63,994 nt of DNA, filler included, from Octopus bimaculoides (GCF_001194135.2; 7 parts of 7 records of this genome joined end to end with filler, not necessarily neighbours in it); one strand, 5' to 3'; shown: positions 13,978-25,792, numbered from the whole stretch's first letter. Made by a program: numbers and translations. The notes: generated from the letters alone by a model not told the origin.

Positions 13978-15599
13978 GTTGAAATTTACAGAAAAACAAA
14001 AGACGAAGACAGGTGTATAAACAACAGAAAGGAACATGAGGAAATAAACAGAGAGAGAATGAAAAAAAACTTGTGGAGTTAGCGACCAATCATGGCAACT
14101 GGTTGGACAGAGGTAGTTAGACAGGAGAGCTAGGAAGAAGGGGAGATGATAAAGTACTGGTAATCCCAAAACGAAGGTGCGCGTGTGTGCGTGTATGTTA
14201 GAGTTTGTAAGTGTGTGCGTTTGGATAGGGGCTGGTGACTTTGATGTGTGGATGTGTGAGTGTGTAAGGTAAGTGTCAGCGTTTGTAATGTGTGGGTGTG
14301 TAGATGGTGGTGTGGGTGCTGGGAAGTGGTCAGTGCTTGTGTGTGTGTGTGCAGTGTTGTGGGGTGGTGTGATGCGGTATGGTGTGTGGTGTGGTGGTGT
14401 GGTGGTACAAAAGTGGTGTGGTGTGGCGGTTTTGGGGTGTGTATATGTGAGGGTTGGGTGTGAGCTTGGGGTGAAGATGCAGGGGTGAGGATTTCGTACA
14501 ACCTGTTGTTTAATTTCTTAAAAACGATATCCCTTGAATATTATGTATGTCTCTCATCCTTCTTTCCTCGCTTTTCTCACTTATTCCTTCCTTCTTTCTC
14601 TCTCTCTTTCTCTCTTTTTCTCCTTCTCCCTCTCTGTCTCTCTCATCCTCTTTTCCTCATCTTTGTCCCTTATTCGTTCTTTCTCTCTCTCTTTTTCTCT
14701 CTCTCTCTCTCACTCTCACCTCGTTCCTCTGATTTCCTTTTCCCTCTCTCGTATTCCTTAATCTTTTCCCCTTCCCTCTTATTCTTCAATCTCTTTGCTT
14801 TCTTTCCTCACTTTCCTTGTACCTTTTTCGCTCTCTCTCTCTCTCTCTCTCTCTCTCATTCTTTTGACCCTCTGATTTCTTTCTCCTCTCTCCTATTCCT
14901 TAGTCCCTCTGCCCTCTTCAACTCCTCCCATTCTCCTACCACGTAATCGCTGTCCAGTTAAGGCATTGCCGTCCTTTTTCGGCCAGCCGCTTTTGAGGAT
15001 GGTCGGGTCCGTCTGTCTTGCTGCCCCGTCTGTTACAATTTTCCATTTTCCTTTGCGCCAGCTTACCACACTAGTCTGATAGTCGAAAGACGCTTTTTGT
15101 TTTATTTTTGTTGCATTTGTACAATTATTTTCCTTTTTTTATAGCCGAAAGGCGTTTATCCATTGAATATGTATAATTCTATTCATTAACGTTACGTTCG
15201 TCCGAGAGTCGAAAGACCCTTTCTCTTATTTACTTATGTGTTTTCGTATATGTACAAAAAATGTTTTCCCTTCTATTGCATATCCGATAGACATTCTGTC
15301 GTACGTGTATAATTCTAGCTTCCTCGTTTTTGCTTCCTTTTTTTTTCGTTCTTGTAAACATTCGCTTCCCTTTCCCAGAAGCTTAACGCTTTTAGCTTAA
15401 GTCCCTGGCCCCGCCGAATTCGAATAGTATCGGAGATAAGGGGGCGAACCTCCAAGGACATTCCGGACTCCGGCTAAAGAAGTAATTGGTTGTGAATGAT
15501 CCGTGTATCTTGTTTTTGTCTTGTTTGCCGTTTGTCGTGCTATTGTCCATTTTTCTGCATGTTGTGTTTGATGGATTCCGTTTCTTGTGTCCTTTATGT

Positions 15600-16090
15600 T
15601 CTAACTTTGCTTTTTGGACTGTGTTTTGGTGGCTCGTCTTTGTCCAACCATTGTGCTGAACGTTTACGGTTGTTGTATTGGATCCATTTCTCATCATATG
15701 TTACAGTTCGATTCAAAAATGATTCATTTTTGTGACGAGAAAGTAGCGTAATTCAGGCTTCCAAACGTTGCTGCTTCTGATTTTCATTGAGTTCATGTGG
15801 AACCCACATATCCAACTTTTTCACTTTACCGATTTGAAATTGTGAAACAATATTGTTTGCTTGCCAACACCAAACAACAACGATAATTCACGGCCACTCT
15901 GAGATGGATCTGACACGATGTTGGCTTTCAGTTCGCCATTATCCACCTTTGTTTCTGGTCGAGTGCGTTGCTCCTTTGTGAGGAAATCTTGCAAACTAAT
16001 TTGATGTTGTTTGCTGTGTAATAGCATTTGAATGAAACACTCCATTAATATTCCGAGTTGTCTGTGATGCTGTATTTCCAAGATCACAAT
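15600..16090 (-). mobile_element. Mariner transposase 5' fragment
   Basis: Minus strand encodes RPETKVDNGELKANIVSDPSQSGRELS...WVPHELNEK...WIQYNNRKRSAQWLDKDEPPKH across frameshifts. Confidence 0.8.
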
Positions 16091-16418
16091 GCAAAACTGT
16101 ACGAATTTCCGACTTATCCATCTCTAAACAAAAATAGCAAAAAATGATTTAATAAATACTTTATGAAGCGCAACATGAGTTAGAATAATAGATGTATCAG
16201 CTTTCTAACAAAAAATAAAGGTTGTCAAAATATAATAATGGCGCAAAATGAGCAGCTGTCAAAGTTTACCATATACCTTACTAAAAATTTCACACTTGAC
16301 GACCTAATATTAGGAATATTAGGTGATTGGACCCTATTAGAGCACTGGTATTGTTCTGCAAGAATGCGCAATTTAGAGGAGTATTATTACTATTACTGCT
16401 ATTTGGGTAAATCATGGG

Positions 16419-16420
16419 GG

Positions 16421-16473
<53 letters not shown>

Positions 16474-16484
16474 CATCATCATCA

Positions 16485-16557
<73 letters not shown>

Positions 16558-16558
16558 C
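16419..16558. repeat. (ATT)n microsatellite with internal (CAT)5
   Basis: Directly visible. Confidence 0.95.
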
Positions 16559-17070
16559 ATAAGAAGTACTTCTATTCAAGTAAAATATGTCTAATTTCTT
16601 ATCTATAGCTGCAAGGTTATGGGTTAAAATATAACCTACATTAATAATTTTATATTAATAATTTCATGGTATTTATTGTTATTATTAAAATGTTTAATAA
16701 TAATTGAAAGAACAGATTTTATCATCTTGCTCTTAATTTACATTGCAAAAAGTAGCATCAACCAGATATTATTATTAGATACGACATTATTATCATTAAT
16801 AATGGGGGTACTATTTCCTGTTAGGTATTTATTAGATTTATATTTAGTTCTATTATCAAGTGTGATTTCGTTTATTTTTTTATCATTCTTATTGCAATTT
16901 TGCTTGGTGTTAGTTATATTTAAGTTTCTGTACATGCTTTTAATATTATTTATATTATATTTATTTTTATCATTTATTGCAATTTTATTCTTATATCTAT
17001 TTTTATTTTATTTTTATTTTTATTTTCATTTTTATATCTAGCATAAAGACAAATATAGATTATTGCAGAT

Positions 17071-17213
17071 TGATATTGAAAACTACTATTCCTCTATAAA
17101 GCCTACGGTACTAAATTTGATTTTGAAAACTAGTATTCCTCTATAAAGCCTACGGTACTAAATTTGATACTGAAAACTACTATTCCTCTATAAAGCCTAC
17201 GGTATAAAATTTA
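17071..17213. repeat. 47-bp minisatellite, three copies
   Basis: TGAAAACTACTATTCCTCTATAAAGCCTACGGTA... starts at 17077, 17124 and 17171 (period 47). Confidence 0.9.
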
Positions 17214-17349
17214 CTAGCAAATATACGAATATTTCAATGCAAATTAAGAGCAACAGGATAAAATTTATTCGTTCAGTTATCAATAAGCATTTTAATAATA
17301 ACACTAAATACCATGAAATTATTAATAATAAAACTATTTATACAGTTCT

Positions 17350-17635
17350 ATATATAAGAGATGAGGAATTATGTGCATTTTTTTACATTATTTGCCTTAT
17401 TTACTTTCGACGGATATCTTCTTTGTTATTAACACAACGTTTCGGCTGATATATCCTTCAGCCTTCTTCAGGTGTCTTGGGGAAATTTTGAACCTGGGTT
17501 CTCATTCCTAAGGTATTCTTCGATGTTATTATTATTATTATTATCGTTGTTGTTGTTATTGTTCAGGTCACTGTTTGGAATCGAACTTGGAATCTTAGGG
17601 TTAGTAGCCTGCGATTTTAACCACTACGCCGTGGG
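17350..17635 (-). mobile_element. tRNA-headed SINE (family C) carrying a hammerhead motif, copy 1
   Basis: Minus strand: GGCGTAGTGGTTAAAATCGCAGGCTACTAACCCTAAGATTCCAAGTTCGATTCC head, (AAT)n linker, conserved body and hammerhead core. Homologous to 35855-36155. Confidence 0.75.
17431..17476 (-). ncRNA. Minimal type I hammerhead ribozyme
   Basis: Minus strand GACAC-CUGAAGA-A-GGCUGA(AGGAUAUA)UCAGCC-GAAA-CG-UU-GUGUU. It has both core boxes, a 6-bp stem II, a 5-bp stem I, a loopless palindromic stem III and a GUU cleavage triplet. Confidence 0.7.
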
Positions 17636-17869
17636 CAATTATGGAGTGGATTTTAGCGCTTATAAATCTAATATTTTCCCATCCTTCCTTAATACCGGTT
17701 CCCATATGCTACGCATATCTGCAATCGGTCTGCTTAGGAGGTTGTTGTGTCCTTGCATATGTGCTGCTTCTTTTAGTTTTCGTAATTTCCAGTGGTGTTC
17801 TCTGTCTATTATTAAAACAACTTTTCAATACTGCTACATAAATATAATGAGGTTCTAGGTACATGCAAC

Positions 17870-18261
17870 CACCGCTTTTTTCATATCTTCAAATTTTAAC
17901 ACAAATCTAAATTCAACCTAAATCACCACACTGTATATATCCCGAAAACCCCTTCCATTTTGAGGTTTACTACTCACTTTAGTAACCACCCCGTACCATT
18001 TTCTGTACCCATCCCTCCACCTTAGCGCTTCTCAAACATATCACCCTACCTCCAACGCCTCACACATATTCATTCTTTACATTCTTATCTCTTTCTATCC
18101 CTCTGCTACTCCTCTCTCATCCTCCTCATAATATCTTGACCAGCAACCTTATTTGATTTTCCGTAGTTTTCATTTTTAAATCTCCAATCTTATTTTTTCA
18201 TTATTTAATAATATATATATGGATGTGTATACATGTATGCTTGCATGTGTATAGATGTATA

Positions 18262-18300
<39 letters not shown>

Positions 18301-19400
18301 ACATACGTATGTATGGGTGTGTGTGTATATATGTACACATGTGTATGAGTGTACGCATATATCTATGGCTGTGTGCATANNNNNNNNNNNNNNNNNNNNN
18401 NNNNNNNNNNNNNNNNNNNNNNNNNNNNNNNNNNNNNNNNNNNNNNNNTATATATATATATATATATATGCATATATTCGTATGGGTTTAAGTACATAAG
18501 TATGCAAGCCTATATAATAGAGCAAATACACACGTATATACGTGTGTACGTGCATGCGTATATCAGTATATACTTCTTTCTTTCTCTCTCAGATGCTTCA
18601 GCCCCCCCCCCACTGTCACTTTAGCCAGTACAATAAATACTTCTGTCTATTTTTATAAACTTCACCATTACATCTTATTATTCTTCCCTTCTATTTTGAG
18701 ATTTACTACCTTCTTTAGTAACCACCCCGAAACCATTTTCTGTACCTATCCCTCCATCTTAGTGCCTTTCAGACATATCACTCCACCTCCAACTTCTCGC
18801 ATATATTCATTCATTACATTCTTATCTCTTTCGATCCCTCCCTTACTCTTCTCTCGTCCCCTTCATAATATCTTGACCACCAGCTAACACTCCTTTTTCC
18901 TTTTTTCGCTTGCTCTCTTTTCCTCTTTCTCTCCTCTTCTTTCACCACCTATTCCTTTTGACCATTCTCCTCCTTTTCACGTACACATCTTTTCTCTCCT
19001 CTCTATACTATCACTAATTCTCAAAATTTAAATTACACCACAAGACCACAAGACGCATTTGAGACTCCACACTTTCCATTTGTAATGACAAAATATGAAC
19101 TCCTATCGGAATTTGCTTACCATGCACAAGAAGCATTTCTACAACTTCTACACATCACTTTCCTTGGATAATGGAACTGCAACTATAACATGTTACATTT
19201 CTTTTCACTTTTATCCTCATATTTCGCTTTAACTTCGTATTTCCATCCTTTTCCAACATAACTCCTTATATTGAACTCTACTATTTCTCTCTATTTAACC
19301 ATCTCACATCGTCTCTGATGAAGGAATATCCCTAATATCCCAAATACAGCTGTAAGACTAAATTTCTCTTTCTAGATGTCCTGAAAATTCCACACAGCCT
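17870..19400 (+). mobile_element. Penelope-like element 3' remnants, with a ~250-bp local duplication and a decayed hammerhead
   Basis: 17950-18150 is duplicated at ~18690-18890. The 19030-19150 segment resembles a PLE C-terminus (..MHKKHF). A hammerhead-like motif follows at 19311-19358. Confidence 0.45.
19311..19358 (+). ncRNA. Degenerate minimal hammerhead ribozyme
   Basis: GUCU-CUGAUGA-AGGAAUAU(CCCUA)AUAUCC-CAAAU-ACAGCUGU-A-AGAC. Stem I (GUCU/AGAC) and the palindromic stem III are intact, but the GAAA box is mutated. Confidence 0.5.
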
Positions 19401-19568
19401 TGGTTTTGTTGTTTCATTTTATCTAACAGACACATACACATACACACACATATATATGTATAAATATGTATATATATGTTTGTGTGTGTGTGTGTGGATA
19501 TCTATGTGTGCAAATATATATACATATTTAAAATTCTGTATGTACAAGTATAGATATGTGAATATATG

Positions 19569-19623
<55 letters not shown>

Positions 19624-20140
19624 NNNNNNNNNNNNNNNNNNNNNNNNNNNNNNNNNNNNNNNNNNNNNNNNNNNNNNNNNNNNNNNNNNNNNNNNNNNNN
19701 NNNNNNNNNNNNNNNNNNNNNNNNNNNNNNNNNNNNNNNNNNNNNNNNNNNNNNNNNNNNNNNNNNNNNNNNNNNNNNNNNNNNNNNNNNNNNNNNNNNN
19801 NNNNNNNNNNNNNNNNNNNNNNNNNNNNNNNNNNNNNNNNNNNNNNNNNATATATAAGGAGAGAGAGAAAGAGAGAGAGAGAGTGAGACAGACAGATGTT
19901 TCAGTTTTTAGCTAAGGTCAATGTAAAGCACATTTAACAATTTTAAATTCCCTAATCGTTATACACGTGTGTGTATGAGTGTGTGTATGCGTTTGTGTAT
20001 TTGAATCTCTTTGCATGTATGAGTCACAACAAATAGGGAGTGCGAAGTGAAATATTAAATGGTGAATGTTTTGTGTATATGTCTGTGTACATGCTAAGAG
20101 TGAGTATTAAATATATAAGTATTTATATATATGTATAGAT

Positions 20141-20234
<94 letters not shown>

Positions 20235-20519
20235 TGTTTGGGCTGTGACGAGCTATGTGTTGTGGTGGAGAGGGGTGAGGCAAACAGAGGTGAAGCCAGA
20301 CCGGAAGGGTCAGATCGGAAGTCGGCGACACGCGGTCGAAGGTTAGCACGTGGGGCCAGTGAGAAAACAGGGACGTTACGAGAAAGACATGTTCTGATTA
20401 GGAGCGATCGTGTACCCCGCTGCGGTCGGCAAGGTAAGGTCCAACGCTTCATTCTGTCCTTTTGCTTCTTGTTGTCTTCTTCCTCCATCGCACCACAAGC
20501 TATTTCGGCCCATAAGAAA
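20235..20519 (+). mobile_element. Probable 5' LTR of the adjacent gypsy element
   Basis: GC-rich non-coding block starting TGTTTGGGC after a (GT)n run and ending ...GGCCCATAAGA before the gap. It lies upstream of the pol fragment. Confidence 0.4.
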
Positions 20520-21231
20520 NNNNNNNNNNNNNNNNNNNNNNNNNNNNNNNNNNNNNNNNNNNNNNNNNNNNNNNNNNNNNNNNNNNNNNNNNNNNNNNNN
20601 NNNNNNNNNNNNNNNNNNNNNNNNNNNNNNNNNNNNNNNNNNNNNNNNNNNNNNNNNNNNNNNNNNNNNNNNNNNNNNNNNNNNNNNNNNNNNNNNNNNN
20701 NNNNNNNNNNNNNNNNNNNNNNNNNNNNNNNNNNNNNNNNNNNNNNNNNNNNNNNNNNNNNNNNNNNNNNNNNNNNNNNNNNNNNNNNNNNNNNNNNNNN
20801 NNNNNNNNNNNNNNNNNNNNNNNNNNNNNNNNNNNNNNNNNNNNNNNNNNNNNNNNNNNNNNNNNNNNNNNNNNNNNNNNNNNNNNNNNNNNNNNNNNNN
20901 NNNNNNNNNNNNNNNNNNNNNNNNNNNNNNNNNNNNNNNNNNNNNNNNNNNNNNNNNNNNNNNNNNNNNNNNNNNNNNNNNNNNNNNNNNNNNNNNNNNN
21001 NNNNNNNNNNNNNNNNNNNNNNNNNNNNNNNNNNNNNNNNNNNNNNNNNNNNNNNNNNNNNNNNNNNNNNNNNNNNNNNNNNNNNNNNNNNNNNNNNNNN
21101 NNNNNNNNNNNNNNNNNNNNNNNNNNNNNNNNNNNNNNNNNNNNNNNNNNNNNNNNNNNNNNNNNNNNNNNNNNNNNNNNNNNNNNNNNNNNNNNNNNNN
21201 NNNNNNNNNNNNNNNNNNNNNNNNNNNNNCT

Positions 21232-22059
21232 CTGATGGCGGTGGTGCAGCCGACGAAGGGAAAAGTCAGACCAGCGCTGGACTTTAGGGAGCTGAACGAC
21301 CATATATCGTGCCACACGGGAGGCGAGGCAACGGACGTTTGCGGTGAGACGTTACGTGTGTGGAGACAGTCGACCAAAGCAGCGACGATCGTCGACTTGA
21401 AGTCGGCATATTTGCAGCTCCGTGTGAGTGACAAGCTGTGGCGATACCAGCTGGTGCGGTACAAGGGCCGGGCGTACTGTTTAACCAGGCCGGGTTTCGG
21501 GCTGAATTCCGCTCCGAAAATTATGGCGATGGTGCTCAAGTCCGTCCTAGGGAAAGAGGAGAGGATAAGGAAGGCCACCAGTTCCTACAACGACGACATT
21601 TTGGTTGACGAGACTGTAGTACCAGCCACCCAGGTAGTGAGACACCTGGAGAGGTTCGGGCTGATTGCGCAGCCGCCTGAGTCGATGGTGGGGGGAGCTG
21701 CGCTGGGGCTGAAGCTACAAAACGACAGATCGGGCGAGCTGGTGTTCCGGAGAGGAAACGAGATCCCTGAACTGGGCACCAGCGTGAGTAGGCGGGAACT
21801 GTTCTCGGTGTGCGGGAAGCTGGTGGAACATTACCCGGTTGCAGGATGGCTTTGGACAGCATGTAGCTTCATCAAGAGACGAGCAGAAGGAGCAAAGTGG
21901 AATGACAGAGTTGGGGAGAAAACGACCGACATGATGCAGGAAGTCTTGGTCAGAGTGAGAGCAGAAGATCCAGTGAGGGACAGTTGGTATGTTCCCAAAT
22001 CAAAGAGTGGGATCGTTTGGTGTGACGCCAGTAGCATCGCAATAGGGGTCGTCTTGGAA
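21232..22059 (+). mobile_element. Ty3/gypsy pol fragment (reverse transcriptase and start of RNase H)
   Basis: Open frame between gaps: RPALDFRELN, VDLKSAYLQL, GFGLNSAP, YNDDILV (YxDD) and WCDASSIAIGVVLE (RNase H DAS motif). Confidence 0.92.
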
Positions 22060-22159
22060 NNNNNNNNNNNNNNNNNNNNNNNNNNNNNNNNNNNNNNNNN
22101 NNNTTAATTAATTAANNNNNNNNNNNNNNNNNNNNNNNNNNNNNNNNNNNNNNNNNNNN

Positions 22160-22196
<37 letters not shown>

Positions 22197-22223
22197 TGAT
22201 CCGGGAAACATTTTAAACTCCAG

Positions 22224-22338
22224 GAAAGAAGTAGTTAGTCAGTGCCCTCATGATGTTTTCTGCTACAAGCTTGGGCTTCACTATTTGTTGAATAGAAATG
22301 TGACAGCATCTTTGAATATCACTATGGTTGGAACCGAT
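22224..22338 (+). CDS. Candidate upstream exon of the uncharacterised repeat-exon gene
   Basis: TTTTAAACTCCAG acceptor, open frame KEVVSQCPHDVFCYKLGLHYLLNRNVTASLNITMVGTD and a phase-0 GAT|GTAAGA donor compatible with the exon at 22776. No repeat homology supports it. Confidence 0.35.
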
Positions 22339-22775
22339 GTAAGAGAGATAACCCTGTCCATCCTGTAACACATCCTGCATGGCCATTCTAGATATATATC
22401 TTTTGTTTATAAACCTAACTGACTATGACGTCTTTCTCCTTCCAGTTGTAGAGAGGTTATGTGTCTTTGACCATTTGAGTCTGATGAGTTGCCTTTACAG
22501 CTTTAACAATTAACTTCCTAAAAACATTTTACTGCTCTAATCTTTTAGAGTGTGCTTCTTTTTCAGATATATGAACTACTGATGATTCATTACACACTCT
22601 AGTTGCAGAATGTTTTTCAAAAGGCCACCACATAATCTGTGTTCTATCACTGTACTTCTGGCCATGTGTTTCTACATAATCACAAAAGTTACTGTCTCTT
22701 GTATACTATGGAGTTATATGATCTCGGTTATTCTACAAAATATATATATTTATGTATGTGCTTGTTTCATTTTAG

Positions 22776-22919
22776 AAAAGTATCAAATATGTGGTAGCTG
22801 GTAGTAATGTAGAAACATGTAATGCATGCAGAGCCCTTGTACCTTTTTCAACATTTGCTCTATCTAAAGAGACCCGTGAACCCCGTGAGATCAACATAGA
22901 CCTTGCTAAACAAGAACAA
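22776..22919 (+). CDS. Exon A of uncharacterised repeat-exon gene
   Basis: CATTTTAG acceptor and CAA|GTAAGT donor; 144 nt, phase 0-0; KSIKYVVAGSNVETCNACRALVPFSTFALSKETREPREINIDLAKQEQ. Confidence 0.7.
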
Positions 22920-23649
22920 GTAAGTTTATAATCTTATATATTTTTGTCTTAGTTTGTCTGGAGTGACATCATTATTAAGAATTGAAAGATATAAGGCTCT
23001 GGTTGGAAAAGCAGATGCTTTTTAAATTTTAATGTATTTTACATATTTTAGTAATTGGACTGTGGTCTTGCCAGGGTATTGAAGGGTTTAGTCAAAGAAA
23101 TTGAACCCTAGTACAATCTTTTGTAAATATTAAATATGATACTTAATTTATCTGTCCCTTTTGCTGAACTGCTAAGTTGAAAACACATAAGCAACTCAAC
23201 ACCAGCTGTCTAGTGATGGTGGTGGGTGGTTGGGGTTGGGAATAAACACACAAACACATGATGGAGTTCCTCAGTTTCTATCTACCAAATTCATTCATAA
23301 GGCATTGGTTGGCTTGGTACAAAAGAAGAGACATTTACCCAGGAGGTGCCACACAGTGCGACTGAACCCAAAATCACATGGTTGCAAAGTGAGCTTCTTA
23401 ATCACACAACCATGTTTAATATGTGCAAAGGATAATGCGCTTCAATTAAAAATTTTTATTGTTTATGATTGTGCAAACCAGTAATAACCTGGGGAAAAAA
23501 TTCATTATTTATTCTGATGAGAGAAAGAGAGAGAGATATTGTTATGGTTTAAATATAGGAGCTATTTTTACCTCAAAGCTGAATGTATGTTTAATAAATG
23601 TACACTTGTAAATTTGTCTAAAACTTGTATGTAATATGTGTTATTTTAG

Positions 23650-23784
23650 GATACTGCTGAATATGTAGTGCTTGAGGATACGAAGGAAAAATGTGACACA
23701 TGCAAAAATATGGAGTCTCTTCCAACACCCACTACATCTACTCAACTCCAAGAGGTCAACATAGACCTTGCTGAACAAGCAGAA
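23650..23784 (+). CDS. Exon B of uncharacterised repeat-exon gene
   Basis: TTATTTTAG acceptor and GAA|GTAAGT donor; 135 nt, phase 0-0; DTAEYVVLEDTKEKCDTCKNMESLPTPTTSTQLQEVNIDLAEQAE. Paralogous to exon A. Confidence 0.72.
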
Positions 23785-23847
23785 GTAAGTTTATATTCTG
23801 ACACAGTTGATCTAACTGTGCTTATAGTGAGTTTATTATTAAGTTAT

Positions 23848-23905
<58 letters not shown>

Positions 23906-24083
23906 TGTTATTGGTGTTGTTTAATCCCTGCTCAACTCTGATCTCAAACACACTTGTCTTACTGTTGCTTCCTGTTTCCCCCTTTCTTTTCACACTTTTC
24001 TGATGGGCTGTAGTGCACATGAGCACTGGATACAGTAAGCTCTAAAAAATATATACTCACAACAGAGGCAGTGTTAATACCAA

Positions 24084-24672
24084 GAGGTAATATTTATCCC
24101 TATTTAAACGCGGATGTTCTATAAGAACAAACTATGCTGTGGTAGATACCATGAGAGAAACTCTCATACGGGCTTTTGGTGCAAAATGTATACTTGTTTA
24201 TATCACTAACAGGGGAAATAATTCCTCACCATTTCCAGCACCAAGACCACCAGATCATGTAATTTTGACCTTCCTTGATCTTGTCAATGATGGGATAAAC
24301 GCTCGGCTGCTAGAGATAGCAGTGACTCATCTTCCTACCAGTGATATATAGAATAACAGTTCTAGGATAGATGCTGGTGTCACAGTTAGCCAATGAGCTT
24401 GTTAAAAAATGTATATCAGTGACAGAAGCACTGTTAATCTATATATCGCTGGCAGTTGAGTGTCCATCATTGACAAAACCAAAGAAGGTCAAAATCATAT
24501 GATCTGGTGATTTTGGCACTGGAGATGGCAGGGATTTATCTTCCTGCTAGCGATATAAACAAGAGTACACTTTGCACCAAAAGCCAATATGAGAGTGACT
24601 CTCATGGTATCTACCACAGTATAGTTTATTCCAATAGAACATCCACATTTGAGTGGGGATTAATATCACCTC
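24084..24672. mobile_element. Diverged ~590-bp fold-back (MITE-like) element in the intron between exons B and C
   Basis: The left arm (GAGGTAATATTTATCCC...GTGGTAGATACCATGAGAG...GGTGCAAAATG...GTCAATGATGG) is the diverged reverse complement of the right arm over more than 200 bp. Confidence 0.8.
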
Positions 24673-24769
24673 ACAATAATCTCTCTCTCCCAATTTCTAC
24701 ACACACACATGTGTATGTGTATGTATATATGTGTGGCTGTACGTGAAATACATATATATCTTATTTTAG

Positions 24770-24898
24770 GGTAGCACTAAATACTTCGTGACTAATGATA
24801 ACAAGTACATTGGTACCAATGCTGTTTCGACATCCAGAACAGTCAAAGAGGTGTATCAACCCCAAGATATCAACGTTCACTTTGCAGAACCAGAACCG
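24770..24898 (+). CDS. Exon C of uncharacterised repeat-exon gene
   Basis: TTATTTTAG acceptor and CCG|GTAGGT donor; 129 nt, phase 0-0; GSTKYFVTNDNKYIGTNAVSTSRTVKEVYQPQDINVHFAEPEP. Confidence 0.68.
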
Positions 24899-25684
24899 GT
24901 AGGTATATTATCTAATATATTCATATTCATAGAAACTTTATTATTTACTTATTTGTTATATATATTAGTTATTTATGGTTTTGTTATTTGGCACCAATTG
25001 AGCTCTGATTGAGCAGACCTATTATCAAAAGTCATTCCAAATGTGACCATCACCCACATTTTGTTTCAGGTGTAATGTATATAGGATTACACTATTTAAT
25101 GTGTGATATTTCTGAAGATGGTAGGGTGTTAACTTCAGGGAAATTTGCCTGCAATTTTTACGGAGGGCTACATTGAGGTTCCTTCATTGATCTTTTATCT
25201 TCTTTTACTTGTTTCAGTCATTGGACTGTGGTCAAGCTGGGGCACCACCTTGAAAGATTTAGTCAAACAAAGTGACTTCAAGACTTATTTTATTGATCAC
25301 TTTTATTAAACCGCTAAGTTACTGGAACATAAACAAACCAACACCAATTTTCAAGCAATGGTGAGAGACAAATACAAAGGCACAGACAGACAGACACACA
25401 GACACACACACACACACACAAGGTATCTATCTGTCAAATTCCTCTCAAAGCTTTGGTTGGCCAAAGGCTATAGTAGAAGACATTTGCCCTAGGTGTTATG
25501 CAGTAGAACTGAACTCAAGACCATATAATTTGGTAAGCAAACATCTTAATTACACAGCCACACCTGATGAAGTGTCTGTGTGTGTGTGTGGAACATGTGA
25601 GATCTTCATTGAGAAATTTTGATGCTTAAATTTCAAGGATTGGTTTGTGAGCTATCCTTGAACCTCACAAAGTAGCTCAGCCTA

Positions 25685-25792
25685 ACAACTACATTAGTTT
25701 GCATTAATCTGTCATAGCTGCAACAGCCACTATAAACCAAAGAGACTTGTCAAATCCAAGATATCAATGTTCACTATGCAAGTAATCATTGA
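25685..25792 (+). pseudogene. Decayed fourth copy of the repeated exon (pseudo-exon D)
   Basis: AAC AAC TAC ATT AGT matches exon C NKYIG, and CAA GAT ATC AAT GTT CAC TAT GCA matches QDINVHFA. It has in-frame stops, a frameshift and no good splice sites. Confidence 0.55.

Noticed and set aside
16238-16608. Poly-Ile and poly-Tyr/His ORFs
   Set aside because: They are translations of an (ATT)n/(CAT)n microsatellite with no splice or domain support.
16600-17060. Very AT-rich hydrophobic ORF as a possible mitochondrial insertion
   Set aside because: No mitochondrial protein motif is recognisable, and the hydrophobicity follows from T-rich composition.
17071-17213. 47-bp repeats as a possible CRISPR-like array
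   Set aside because: The units are contiguous with no unique spacers, the context is eukaryotic, and there are no cas genes. It is a minisatellite.
22610-22804. ORF MFFKRPPHNLCSITVLLAMCFYIITK as a signal-peptide first exon of the repeat-exon gene
   Set aside because: It is out of frame with exon A unless a weak AAA|GTTACT donor is used. Not excluded, but unsupported.
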